Source: Candidatus Obscuribacteraceae bacterium (GTDB lineage Bacteria > Cyanobacteriota > Vampirovibrionia > Obscuribacterales > Obscuribacteraceae). From it: a DNA stretch of 64,000 nucleotides. The translations under genes and the position numbers were made by a program. The notes under the pieces were generated by a model. It did no database searches, was not told the origin of the DNA, and saw only the letters and a program-made list of their open reading frames with translations. The stretch covers positions 1 to 64,000 of the forward strand of contig JBGASG010000012.1 of assembly GCA_044229845.1 (NCBI GenBank). Reading direction: 5' to 3'. Of this stretch, positions 44,921 to 54,347 are shown piece by piece. Position 1 is the stretch's first letter. Each line of letters starts with the position of its first letter.

Positions 44921-45892
44921 TTATGCCGCCAGAAGCTTTTCAGCGCGCTCGGCGATTTCTTTGACCAGATTGGCGATTACGCCGTCTACCGGTCCGACTG
45001 TTGTGCCCATGATGCCGCGGCGGCGCCGTTCCACGAGCCAGTCGAGGAAGAGCAGGCGCGACAGGGTGTACGAAGCCGGCAGCAGTTTCTTCACTTCTTG
45101 ATAGTCGCGTCCCGCTTCATCGCAATAAGCTTCCAGGACGACCGGCTGCCAGCTCTTGTCCTCGCCATTCTTAAAATGGTCGGAGGTGAGCGTTGCCAGG
45201 TCCAGAAGCGGCATGCCGATGGTGGTGAACCACGACCAGTCGATGATGTAGAACTTGCCGCCACGCAGAATGATGTTTTCCGCGTAGAGATCGCCGTGCA
45301 CCAGCGAGAGGCGCTCGGAAGACAGCTGGTCATCCAGGTGTCTTCCCAACGTCTCCAGCTGCTGTCCATCGGCGCTGCTAGCCAATTGCCAGTCGTCTAT
45401 CGATGCGCGCAGACCTTGCGCCAGCTTGCCGTACTGCCCGGGTCGCAACGTGCGCAGGATGCCCAGCGGCTCCAGCTCTTCGATGCGATAGGAATAGGCG
45501 CGGTGCATCTTGGCCAGCTCGGTACCAATCAAATTTGCTGTGCGGTGATCGGTGCCGCCGATCAAAGACTGCGTGCCCAGGTCTTCCATGAACAGCGCGA
45601 TCATTTGGCCGCAGGTTCCGGAAAGAAACAGCCGCGCCGAATTCGAGATAGACGGGATGAGCACGCGCTCATGCAGGTCTTGCTCGACATCCCAGGGCGG
45701 CAGCACCACTTTGTAAATCAGCGTCTCCGGAAGCGCATCGCGCATGTGCAGCCGTTCTACCAGCGACAGGTCGCGATGGCGCAACAAATTTCTCTCCGCT
45801 ACTTCCACCTCTTTGCCGTAGAACTCATGCAGCCAACCCATCAACCTCTCTTGAGAGGGCGGGTCGAGCAACTTGAGCGATTCGTTTTCCAC
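44921..45892 (-). CDS. APH/choline kinase-like phosphotransferase
   Basis: LFMEDLG, LAKMH, LVHGDLYAENI, IIDWS, LDLA. Confidence 0.82.
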   Translation of the reverse strand: MENESLKLLDPPSQERLMGWLHEFYGKEVEVAERNLLRHRDLSLVERLHMRDALPETLIYKVVLPPWDVEQDLHERVLIPSISNSARLFLSGTCGQMIALFMEDLGTQSLIGGTDHRTANLIGTELAKMHRAYSYRIEELEPLGILRTLRPGQYGKLAQGLRASIDDWQLASSADGQQLETLGRHLDDQLSSERLSLVHGDLYAENIILRGGKFYIIDWSWFTTIGMPLLDLATLTSDHFKNGEDKSWQPVVLEAYCDEAGRDYQEVKKLLPASYTLSRLLFLDWLVERRRRGIMGTTVGPVDGVIANLVKEIAERAEKLLAA

Positions 45893-45909
45893 GGTGTTTG
45901 GCGAGTGGG

Positions 45910-46995
45910 TCAGAACTTCCAGTAAGGCGCGGTGGTCAGGCGCTCGGCACCATCGGTGGTGACGACCAGGTCGTCTTCGATGCGCACGCCGCCGAAGCCG
46001 TCGATGTAGATGCCGGGCTCGTCGGTGACAACCATGCCGACCTTGAAAGGGTCATGCTCGTAGTCGTACGGGTCGTGCGCCACCAGTCCCAGACTGTGTC
46101 CGAGACCGTGAGTGAAGTACTTGCCGTAACCGAGTCGGGTGATGTAATCGCGCGCCACCTTGTCGTAAGCCTTGTATTTGATGCCAGGCTTCAACGCCTT
46201 GAAAGCAGTTTTGTTGGCCGCCAGCACGATGTTGTAAATCTCGACCATCTTGGGGTCGGGTTTCTTGCCGGGCACAAAGGCTGTGCGCGTGATATCGCTG
46301 CAGTAGCCGCCGGTGTACAGCCCGCCGAAATCCATGATCACCGGCTCGCCGGCTTTCACCTTGCGGTCTGAGGTCGCATGGTGCGGAATCGCGGAATTGG
46401 GGCCGCTGGCGACAATCGATGTGAAACTGTTGCAGATGGCACCATGCTTGCGCAGGCGCACATCTATCTCGAAAGATATGTCCAGTTCGGTCATGCCGGG
46501 ACGAATGAGTGCCGCCACTTCGTTGTAGACCTTGCTGGTGGCACGGCAGCCGCGGCGCAAGACCTCCACCTCATCTGCATCTTTATACTGTCGGAAGCGT
46601 TCCACTAGATGCTGAGTCGGCACCAGTTTCGCGGTGATCTCTTTCTTCCAGCGCTCAAGTACGGCGACGGCGATGTGCTCGGCTTCAAAACCGACTTTCG
46701 CGGTTTTGGTCAGTCCGGCCAGCGCCAGCGCTTCATTGACGAATTCAGAGACTTTCTTGCCACGCTGCACCTTCACCAGCTTGTAGTCAGGTGCTTCGGC
46801 AGCGGCGCGCAGGAAATAGCGGGCATCAGTGACGATGAACGCTTTCTTGCGCGTGATCACCAGCACCGCGGTGGTGCCGGCGAAGCCGCTCAGATAGAGA
46901 ACGTTCTGGTTGTCGCCCTCGAAGACACGCACAATCAATGCGTCGAGGTTTTGCTTGACCAGGGCTTGTTGTAGTTTTTTCAGACGTGCATTCAT
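45910..46995 (-). CDS. Xaa-Pro aminopeptidase (M24 family)
   Basis: YLSGF, TDARY, SAIPH, MDFGG, YCSDITRT, HGLGHSLGL, TDEPGIY, GVRIEDD. Confidence 0.94.
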   Translation of the reverse strand: MNARLKKLQQALVKQNLDALIVRVFEGDNQNVLYLSGFAGTTAVLVITRKKAFIVTDARYFLRAAAEAPDYKLVKVQRGKKVSEFVNEALALAGLTKTAKVGFEAEHIAVAVLERWKKEITAKLVPTQHLVERFRQYKDADEVEVLRRGCRATSKVYNEVAALIRPGMTELDISFEIDVRLRKHGAICNSFTSIVASGPNSAIPHHATSDRKVKAGEPVIMDFGGLYTGGYCSDITRTAFVPGKKPDPKMVEIYNIVLAANKTAFKALKPGIKYKAYDKVARDYITRLGYGKYFTHGLGHSLGLVAHDPYDYEHDPFKVGMVVTDEPGIYIDGFGGVRIEDDLVVTTDGAERLTTAPYWKF

Positions 46996-47154
46996 GACGT
47001 CCTATTGTAACCACTTGAATTTCCAGCCACTGCCGCCGGACACCGTTCGCTTACAAAGCGAGAAGTGCCCGGCGGCATATGGAGGAAACCGCCGATTGTC
47101 GTTAGGAGACGACGGGTGCGCGAGGCGCCCGTCGTTTCTTCCCGACCTTCGACG

Positions 47155-48678
47155 TCACACGGCGCTGCGCTGAGCGAAGTGCTCGGCAACCGCCACCAGA
47201 GTGCGCGTGGCGAACCCGGTGCCACCCTTGGGGCGGACGCCGTCTTCGGCACCGAGAGATGCAGATCCCGCGATGTCCAGGTGCACCCACGGGGTTTCGC
47301 CGACGAACTTGCGGATAAACCAAGCAGCCGTGATCGAGCCGGCACCGAAGTCGGCGCCGCCGGAGTTCTTCAAGTCAGCCATGGGCGTTTCATTCGCCTT
47401 GGCGTACTCGGGGAACATCGGCATCTGCCAGAGGCGCTCGCCAGCGTTTTTGCCGCAGGCGACCACCAGCTGGGTGAACTCGTCGTGATTGCCGAACGCA
47501 CCGGCAGCAACGCTGCCCAGCGCGACGACCATCGCACCGGTGAGGGTAGCGACATCAATGATGCGCGTCACGCCGCAGCGCTTCGCCCACTCGATGGCGT
47601 CGACCAGGGTCAGGCGACCCTCGGCGTCGGTGTTGTCGACCTCGATGGTGAGCCCCCGCAGCGACGTCAGCACATTGCCCGGCAGGTTCATCAGCCCGTT
47701 CACCACGTTGTCCGTCGCCGGTAAGAACGCTTTCACGCGCACCGGCAGCTTGTAGGACACGATGGTGGCAAATGCACCAAGCACTGCCGCGCCGCCTGCC
47801 ATGTCGCACTTCATCGTCCGCATACCGGCTGCGGGCTTCAGGTCGGCGCCGCCGGTGTCGAACGTGATGGACTTGCCGACGAAACCGAGCACCTCGTCGT
47901 TGACCGGGTTTTCCGGTTCATACGAAAGCTCGATGAACACGGGCTCGTTAGTGGAGGCGAGCGCCACTGCCATGTAGGCGCCGAACCCTCGTTTCGTCAG
48001 CTCGCGCCTGTACATGAGGCGGATTTTGACGCGTCCTTTGCCCGTGGCCGCGATCTTCTTCGCCACGTTAGCGAGGTACAGCGGGGTGCAGATATTGGCG
48101 GGCAGGTTGCACAGGTTGCGGGCGAGATTGGTGTTCTCGGCCAGCGTCCGTCCATCCACGAGTCCGCGCCGCAGTGCGCGCGCGTCCTTGCTCGCCACCG
48201 ACACGACGTTGACCTGCTCGAGGTGCACGACCGGCTTGTAGCCGCCCGCAGCGGTGCGGAAGTGGTTGATCTCGTAGTCGACGAGACCGGCGTACTCCGC
48301 AATCGCGCGACCGAACTGGTAGGCGGTGATGCCCAGCCCGTCCAGCGGCGGCAGCTCGAATGCGATCACCTTGGCGCGCACCCGCTTCGCCTCTTTGAAG
48401 GCGGCGGTCAGCGAGTCACGCAGGGTCTCGAGGGTGAAATCGGCTCGCGAACCCAATCCGAAGCTGACGATGCGAGCAACGCCGCGCTCTGGGTTGGGCA
48501 CATGGTGGGACGTCTGCCCCACTGAGCCGGTGAACTCGTCGAGGTGCGCCTTGTGCAGGAGCGTGCCTGTCTGCCCGCGGTTCTCGAGGGAGAAGGCGCC
48601 GCTATCGAGTTCGGAAGTGAATACGCCGAGAAGCAGAACGTCGGCACCGACGTCCGTCTTCGAGATTTGAAATTTCAT
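47155..48678 (-). CDS. pepA: Leucyl aminopeptidase (M17)
   Basis: NLPAN, GKSITFDTGG, MKCDMAG, NTDAEGRL, ATLTGA, WVHLDIAG. Confidence 0.95.
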   Translation of the reverse strand: MKFQISKTDVGADVLLLGVFTSELDSGAFSLENRGQTGTLLHKAHLDEFTGSVGQTSHHVPNPERGVARIVSFGLGSRADFTLETLRDSLTAAFKEAKRVRAKVIAFELPPLDGLGITAYQFGRAIAEYAGLVDYEINHFRTAAGGYKPVVHLEQVNVVSVASKDARALRRGLVDGRTLAENTNLARNLCNLPANICTPLYLANVAKKIAATGKGRVKIRLMYRRELTKRGFGAYMAVALASTNEPVFIELSYEPENPVNDEVLGFVGKSITFDTGGADLKPAAGMRTMKCDMAGGAAVLGAFATIVSYKLPVRVKAFLPATDNVVNGLMNLPGNVLTSLRGLTIEVDNTDAEGRLTLVDAIEWAKRCGVTRIIDVATLTGAMVVALGSVAAGAFGNHDEFTQLVVACGKNAGERLWQMPMFPEYAKANETPMADLKNSGGADFGAGSITAAWFIRKFVGETPWVHLDIAGSASLGAEDGVRPKGGTGFATRTLVAVAEHFAQRSAV

Positions 48679-48804
48679 TGGTGAGGTCTCCTTGTCACCA
48701 CAGGTGGTGACGCTTAGCGATAGAGCGGCAGCCGGCGAGGTGACGCGGGCGCAATTGCCTGCGTCGGAGCCTCGCCGTGCTGCTGCACTACCTTCCGGGA
48801 TGGC

Positions 48805-49473
48805 TCAGGACGCGGGCGTTGCGTCCTGGGTGACCGGCTCTTTCAGATGACGGACGCCCTTGGCTTGCAGATCGCGGTTGGCGATGCTGTCGATGCCGTT
48901 GGGGCCCTCGATGCGGGTCTGGAAGTAATCTACCTCGATCACGCGGCCTTTGACGTCCGCAAGACCGAGAACCTGGATGTTGTCGCCGACTTTGACGTTC
49001 TGCCAGTACCCCATGCGCCCGTAGGCGATGATGTCGGCGAACGTGTCCTTGAGCACAACCGCGATGGCGGCGCCGAAAAGACCGATGCCGACGGTCAACT
49101 TGCCCATGACGTCGGGAGCGAACAGCGTCAGGACGACGTACAGGGTGACCAGCCAGTAGAGCGGCTTGAACACCTTGAACGTGATCTCCTTGCTGCGTGC
49201 CTCCATTTTCGACTTGCCGAGCCACTTCTGGAGGTAGTGGCAGGCAGGGTGATAGAGCACGTAGGCGATGTTGATGGCGACTACCAGGATGATGAAGTTC
49301 ACGACGTAGGGCGTCAGGCTCGAGGTGAATTGCTCGATGCCGCGACGCACAGTTTCGCGAACAGTCTCGCCGAGGGTGTTGGTGAAGCCCGCGAGGGCTC
49401 CCACTCCCAGCACAAGAAACGAAGGCCAGAGCTTCTTGAGCGTGGCCTTGATACCGTGATGTTCACATTCCAT
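48805..49473 (-). CDS. MscS-family mechanosensitive channel-like protein (short)
   Basis: TMs followed by GIGLFGAAIAVVLKDTFADII...KVGDNIQV...KGRVIEVDYFQTRI...IANR; GGAG RBS. Confidence 0.8.
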   Translation of the reverse strand: MECEHHGIKATLKKLWPSFLVLGVGALAGFTNTLGETVRETVRRGIEQFTSSLTPYVVNFIILVVAINIAYVLYHPACHYLQKWLGKSKMEARSKEITFKVFKPLYWLVTLYVVLTLFAPDVMGKLTVGIGLFGAAIAVVLKDTFADIIAYGRMGYWQNVKVGDNIQVLGLADVKGRVIEVDYFQTRIEGPNGIDSIANRDLQAKGVRHLKEPVTQDATPAS

Positions 49474-50516
49474 GATGTGTCTCCGGAAGAAACCGGTCAG
49501 CATGCACACAGACGGGTGTCTGCGCGCGACCGGGTTGACGTGGTTGATAGCGAATCTGCGGGAGAGCAAATCCGCCACGATATAGCGACTGCGAGAACAG
49601 CCGCCGACGAGAGTGATGCAACGCCGTTCTGCGGTGTTGCCAGGTGCGAGCACTGCGTCGCTTTCGCAACGTTGCCAGTGGAAGAAACGCTCAAAGAGCC
49701 GCTCTTGTGGAGCGGGGGAGGTTCGTTAGAAAGCTCAGAACTTGTGGGTTTGGAACTAAGCGGCTGGTACTATCAACCTCAGGGGCTAAAAAGAGAAAAA
49801 GTGAGCGGGTTCTGAAACTACTTGGAATTCATTCACGGGCGCAATTTGTGTTAAAGACTATTTGCGCGAGCCTTCTCGCGCAATCAGGCCGGACGGCAAT
49901 ATTGCAACTCGCACAGATCAGCGAGCGACTTGTTTGTGAGACAGCGATAAGCTTGCACCACGAGTGGTGTCATGTGGCGCGAGGCTGCCAACAAGCACCA
50001 GTGCGTTCGTGCTGCAATTAGCGCAGCGGCACGAACGCAAAACATCAGGTGAAACAAGGGAGGGAACGCGAGCGGCAGGCACAGGTCGGGGAACGAGCGC
50101 GAGTGGTCAGGGTGGGAACGGAACGTGGTGTGTGTGGAAAAGAATGGTGGTGGTGGGTCGTTCGTTCTATGTCGGACTGGTGTGGACTGAGGACGGATGG
50201 TGCGCGAGCGGGGACAGTCAGTAGAACGGCAGCGGGGAACGCAGACCTGCGGGGAGCGGATCCATCGAGAGTTAGAGGCCTGAACAGCTAAGGCGAATGT
50301 TGCGGGTAAAAAGGTCAACGGAAAAGAGGGGACTAAAAGGAGGAGAAACGGTGGGTCGTTGCCTTTGCTGCTCAGTTTTGACCGATTTGGTACCTCTTTC
50401 TTGAACGCCAGCACTACTGCTTGACATTCTTATTCCCGACTGTCCGAATCTCTAATCAGATTTATCACCGAATTACCGCCAAAACCCAAAAAACCTCACG
50501 GGGCGGCTCGAACTGG

Positions 50517-50561
50517 AGGCGGTGCACTCCTCGGGTAGGCGGTGCACTCCTCGGGTAGGCG
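50517..50561. repeat. Direct duplication of 20 bp AGGCGGTGCACTCCTCGGGT
   Basis: Two exact adjacent copies plus AGGCG. Confidence 0.9.
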
Positions 50562-50702
50562 ATTCACCGTTGGTGCCACCTCGTATCAATGCACCGGCAC
50601 CATATTTGATGGCAGCAGAAGACTTTCTTAAAATGGGCTCATACGCACCAACAAACCTCGACAATTGTTATTGACAACCTCGTCAATTCAAGGATTGCAT
50701 GC

Positions 50703-51053
50703 ATGGACATCTTCAGAAAAGCAGCGGCAGTAGCGGACTCGATTTTTGAAACTGTCACCAGCCTCGTGCAGAGAGCAGAAACTCCCGGGAACACCTACAG
50801 GTCAGGCGATGCCGTCGGCTCGACCGCTGAAGTTGCGGTGTCGATTCCGGCGGGCGGCACCGGAGAGGTACTGGTGAAGCTCGGTCGCGGGCTCCATAAT
50901 TACCCGGCGCGAGCCGTTCGCGATGGAGAAACCTTCAGCCGCGGCACGAAAGTGCGCATTGCCGATGTTGGTGGACAGACCATCTTCGTCGAAGCTCTGC
51001 AGCCGGAAAGTACGCCCACAGAGGGTCCAAAGGAAGGCGACATTATCGCTTGA
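50703..51053 (+). CDS. NfeD-like C-terminal OB-fold protein
   Basis: VGSTAEVAVSIPAGGTGEV...YPARA...GTKVRIADV...IFVE. Confidence 0.72.
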   Translation: MDIFRKAAAVADSIFETVTSLVQRAETPGNTYRSGDAVGSTAEVAVSIPAGGTGEVLVKLGRGLHNYPARAVRDGETFSRGTKVRIADVGGQTIFVEALQPESTPTEGPKEGDIIA

Positions 51054-51166
51054 GCGACCGCAGCGTTTCTTGCAAGAGTGGCTCAGCAAGCCAGGCTCGG
51101 CTGTAGAAACATCCCCCGATAGCAGGCGTCGAAATGCCTGGAACGAGAGTTCGGGGGACCTGAATT

Positions 51167-51439
51167 ATGAAAGCACAAACGATACTTGCCTCGGCACTGG
51201 TCGCAATCGCGGCTTTGGGTTCGGTGTCGGTGGGCTCCGCGCAAGCGGACAACTGGCGTGACTGGCGAAGACACGAATTCAACCAGCAGCAGAGATACTT
51301 CAATCGTTTCGTCCGGAACCAGCGAAGAGACTATCGACAATTCCGCAACCACCACAACAACTGGTACGGCAACCATCCGCGCGTCTACGGACAGAATCGC
51401 TGGTACGGCTATAACCGCTACTACAACCCGTACTGGTAA
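51167..51439 (+). CDS. Small exported Arg/Asn/Tyr-rich protein
   Basis: Signal peptide ending AQA, low-complexity mature part; GGGGG RBS. Confidence 0.72.
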   Translation: MKAQTILASALVAIAALGSVSVGSAQADNWRDWRRHEFNQQQRYFNRFVRNQRRDYRQFRNHHNNWYGNHPRVYGQNRWYGYNRYYNPYW

Positions 51440-51465
51440 ACCGGCGCTACAGGACAGGCTCGATT

Positions 51466-51505
51466 GAGACGCGGGTGGTGATGCAATGATCACCACCCGT
51501 GTTTC
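51466..51505 (+). terminator. Stem-loop, probable terminator
   Basis: GCGGGTGGTGAT-GCAATG-ATCACCACCCGT followed by GTTTCC. Confidence 0.55.
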
Positions 51506-51530
51506 CACGGTGCCGAAATGGAAGGCATCC

Positions 51531-51649
51531 TCAAGAATTGCCAGATTGGCAATTTTCTGGGTCCTGCGCATGCCAGTTCAGATTAAGCGGGAGGTCTCTT
51601 GCCAGATTGGCAATTCTTGACTGCTGGAAATTGCCAGATTGGCAATTTC
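51531..51649. repeat. Three copies of palindrome (AA)TTGCCA-GAT-TGGCAATT
   Basis: Copies at 51536-51554, 51599-51615 and 51627-51649. Confidence 0.9.
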
Positions 51650-51892
51650 TCTCTGGCTTTTTACTAGCTCATATCGTATCTAGAAGAACAAGAAGAGGGC
51701 TCGGGGTTCCAGTCAGACCTTGCGGTCATCATGGCGCTCCCCGAGCCCTTCGCACGCAGCCCTTTTGCACTCTTGCCGGTGCGGAGTCCAGAGGACAGCC
51801 GGCATTGACCATGTGATGTGTCAATGCCGGTCCGTCCCGAACCCCACACAAGCAGCCTTGCCTGCGACAGTCGCGTGTCTTGTAGTGATGGA

Positions 51893-53416
51893 TCACTTCG
51901 CGATCTCCCCCTTGTGTTGGCGGATCTCGACGTTGGGGCTGTCGGCGGGGTCGCGCCCGTAGACAGCTTTCAGCTCGGTCATCTGCTCGTTGGTGCACTC
52001 GACGATGAACACCGCCGCCCACGGAGCGCGGAACTGCGTCGAAACCGACACCAGCTCCATCCCGTAGACCTCGGTCGCGTCATGCACGAACTGACCAGAC
52101 TGCTTGGTGAGCGAAGCCTTGGACTTCGCGTGCAGGATGACATCGAACGCGATCAGGTTGCCGTTGGTCTGTGCACCCTGGGCAGCGCGATTGATGCGCC
52201 GCTGGATGGCCTGACCTTCGACCCGATCCTCGTCCTCGTCCTCCACCTCAGCCGCCAGTCCACGGTTTGCACCGCGGGGGTCAGCAGCGTCGGCGTCGTC
52301 GCCGGTTCCGCCCGCCACCTTCTCGCCTTCGGCGATGAAGAAGGACAGAGCGTCGCCTTCGACGTGCTGCACGATCACCTTGGCGCATCCCGGAATCGCA
52401 CCAGTCTTCAGCGCCTTGCCGAGCGGGTCGGACAGGTGCATCTGGATGGCACGACGGAGGTTGCTGACGTCGCCGCTGTTGGCGAGCGCCTTGCCGAGGA
52501 TGAACTCCTTCGCGGAAGCCTCGAGTTCGATACCGAAGTACTTGCCCTTCGGCAGCTTGTCGATGCGCTCCACGACGAAGCGGTCCAGCTCCACATCGAG
52601 GATCGAGCGGATCTGGTCTTCGGTCAGCGACCCGAAGATGATGGTGTCGTCGAGGCGGTTCAGCCACTGGGGCTCATACCGCTCCTTGAGCGCCTCATCC
52701 ACCGAGTCCTTGATCTCGTCGACCGTCACCGGCTCGTCACGCTTGTCGGCGCCGGCGTGGAAGCCGATCTTGTGACGCTTCTTCTGCTCGGCCTGCTTCA
52801 TGCCCAGGTTGGTGGTCATGAACAGGATGACGTTGCGGAAGTCGGCGACCTCGTTGTTGCCCATGTCCAGCTCGCCCTTGTCCATGATGGACAGGATGAG
52901 GTTGTCCAGGCTCCGGTGCAGTTCGTCCACCTCGTCGAGGAGGGCGACCGTTACCGGAATCTTGGTGCCGCGATGGGCGATGATGTTGGCGTTGTTGAGC
53001 TTCGCAGCGGTGCTCTTGCCCGGCTTCTTCGCTTCCGCGGGGTCGTCCCAGCCGTAGTAGCCGGTCGGAGAACCGATGAAACGAGAAGCGTGATGCCGCT
53101 CTTTGTAGTTCGAGCAGTTGATCTTCAGGAGTTCCGCACCGACGATCTCCGCCACCAGTTCGGCGAGACGGGTCTTACCGGTACGGCTCTTGCCGACGAG
53201 CAGCACGCACGCGATCGGGCGCGTCATGTCACGAAGCGGGTTCGTGGCACGGGCGACGATCTCGAGCGCCACGCGCCGAGCTTCCTTCTGACCGACGAAG
53301 CGGGTATCGAGGACGATAGCCGCGTTGTCTTCTGCCGGAGTCGTTCCCGTCACACTGATCGGGACCAACTTCCTTTCCAGGCCCTTATCGGGCTTCTTGA
53401 TTCGTTTGGTAGTCAT
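51893..53416 (-). CDS. Stand-alone ClpA/ClpB D2-type AAA+ ATPase with extra C-terminal domain
   Basis: FVGQ, RPIACVLLVGKSRTGKT, FIGSPTGYYG, LLDEVD, DFRNVILFMTTN, PQWLNRLD, LRRAIQ; no N-domain or D1. Confidence 0.88.
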   Translation of the reverse strand: MTTKRIKKPDKGLERKLVPISVTGTTPAEDNAAIVLDTRFVGQKEARRVALEIVARATNPLRDMTRPIACVLLVGKSRTGKTRLAELVAEIVGAELLKINCSNYKERHHASRFIGSPTGYYGWDDPAEAKKPGKSTAAKLNNANIIAHRGTKIPVTVALLDEVDELHRSLDNLILSIMDKGELDMGNNEVADFRNVILFMTTNLGMKQAEQKKRHKIGFHAGADKRDEPVTVDEIKDSVDEALKERYEPQWLNRLDDTIIFGSLTEDQIRSILDVELDRFVVERIDKLPKGKYFGIELEASAKEFILGKALANSGDVSNLRRAIQMHLSDPLGKALKTGAIPGCAKVIVQHVEGDALSFFIAEGEKVAGGTGDDADAADPRGANRGLAAEVEDEDEDRVEGQAIQRRINRAAQGAQTNGNLIAFDVILHAKSKASLTKQSGQFVHDATEVYGMELVSVSTQFRAPWAAVFIVECTNEQMTELKAVYGRDPADSPNVEIRQHKGEIAK

Positions 53417-53657
53417 GACTGTAACCTTCCTTCTGCGCATTAGCGCGCTGATAGATGACTACAGCGGCGCGTGAGCGTCGCTGCAGATGTCGTGCCGTGG
53501 TGGCGGCAGACGTGATTTGCACGGTTTGTTCCGCCACCAGCGGAACGTCTTCTGGCACGGCGACTACTGATCGCCATGTGTTGCTATGCGCGTCGTTTTT
53601 GACACGACACGTCGCAGCCGCTTGCTAGCCGGCTGCTCTTCAGTTTGTAACCGCGTG

Positions 53658-54347
53658 CTAGGCGGCTACTGTTTCGTGTTCAGCTCGCGCGGCGATCAGC
53701 ATGTCGAGGTACGACTGCTTCACGTCTTCGCGAGCCTCGCCGAAGATCTTCTCTGCCACTTCGTATATGGCAGACTTGGCTGCTTTCAGATTGGATTCCC
53801 TGTCAGCGTGCGGAACCATGATCTCGATCTCGACGTAATGTCCTGAGAAACGTCCCAGCCCGACCACCTGGTCGATGCCGACGACTACCTCGCCCGGACC
53901 ATACGCGCCGCGATAGAGCGAGCGTTCCTTGCTGAAACCGAGGAGTGGTCCACCCTGGACCAACCTGCCGAGAACGATGAGCAACGAGGCAATCAGCGGA
54001 CGCGTGGGATGCTCCGCTTCTTGTCGCTCCTTGCCACCATCCGGAGTGGCGACCCATGTCTTGTAGGTGAGCAGCACGTCCTTGTGACCATTCAAGGTCT
54101 CGCGACGAACGCGCATCATCTCGCCTTTGACAGGACTGGGCAGAAACGTGTCCGCCAGAGTCGCATCACCGAAGTGCTCGAACAGGAGTGCGCTCAAACG
54201 CGTCCTGATGGCGGCGACTTCGGCTTCTGCGATGCGGAACTTGCGTTCGACCTCAAGGTGAGTATCCTCGGGCGCGAACCGCATCAGAGATTGGAAGAAA
54301 CCGCGCAATGCCTTTTGCATCAGGTTGCGCGCGAGCTGGGTGAACAT
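53658..54347 (-). CDS. CYTH domain protein (class IV adenylate cyclase-like)
   Basis: EVERKF (ExExK), MRVRRE, LTYK, KER, ID.V.GLG, YVEIE, SYLDML; AAGGAG RBS. Confidence 0.85.
   Translation of the reverse strand: MFTQLARNLMQKALRGFFQSLMRFAPEDTHLEVERKFRIAEAEVAAIRTRLSALLFEHFGDATLADTFLPSPVKGEMMRVRRETLNGHKDVLLTYKTWVATPDGGKERQEAEHPTRPLIASLLIVLGRLVQGGPLLGFSKERSLYRGAYGPGEVVVGIDQVVGLGRFSGHYVEIEIMVPHADRESNLKAAKSAIYEVAEKIFGEAREDVKQSYLDMLIAARAEHETVAA

Noticed and set aside
48805..49815. Extended 282 aa MscS and the 322 aa + strand ORF
   Set aside because: The RBS supports a start at 49473; the + strand ORF is an antisense shadow.
49884..50414. 176 aa minus-strand ORF and overlapping + strand ORFs
   Set aside because: Pro/Phe/Ser or Gly/Arg bias simply reflects the nucleotide skew; no RBS or motifs.
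51531..51649. Mini-CRISPR reading of the triple palindrome
   Set aside because: The repeat is only 17-23 bp, spacing is irregular and there are no cas genes.
51818..53443. 541 aa + strand ORF
   Set aside because: Exact antisense shadow of the Clp-like ATPase, as expected with high GC3 codon bias; no motifs.
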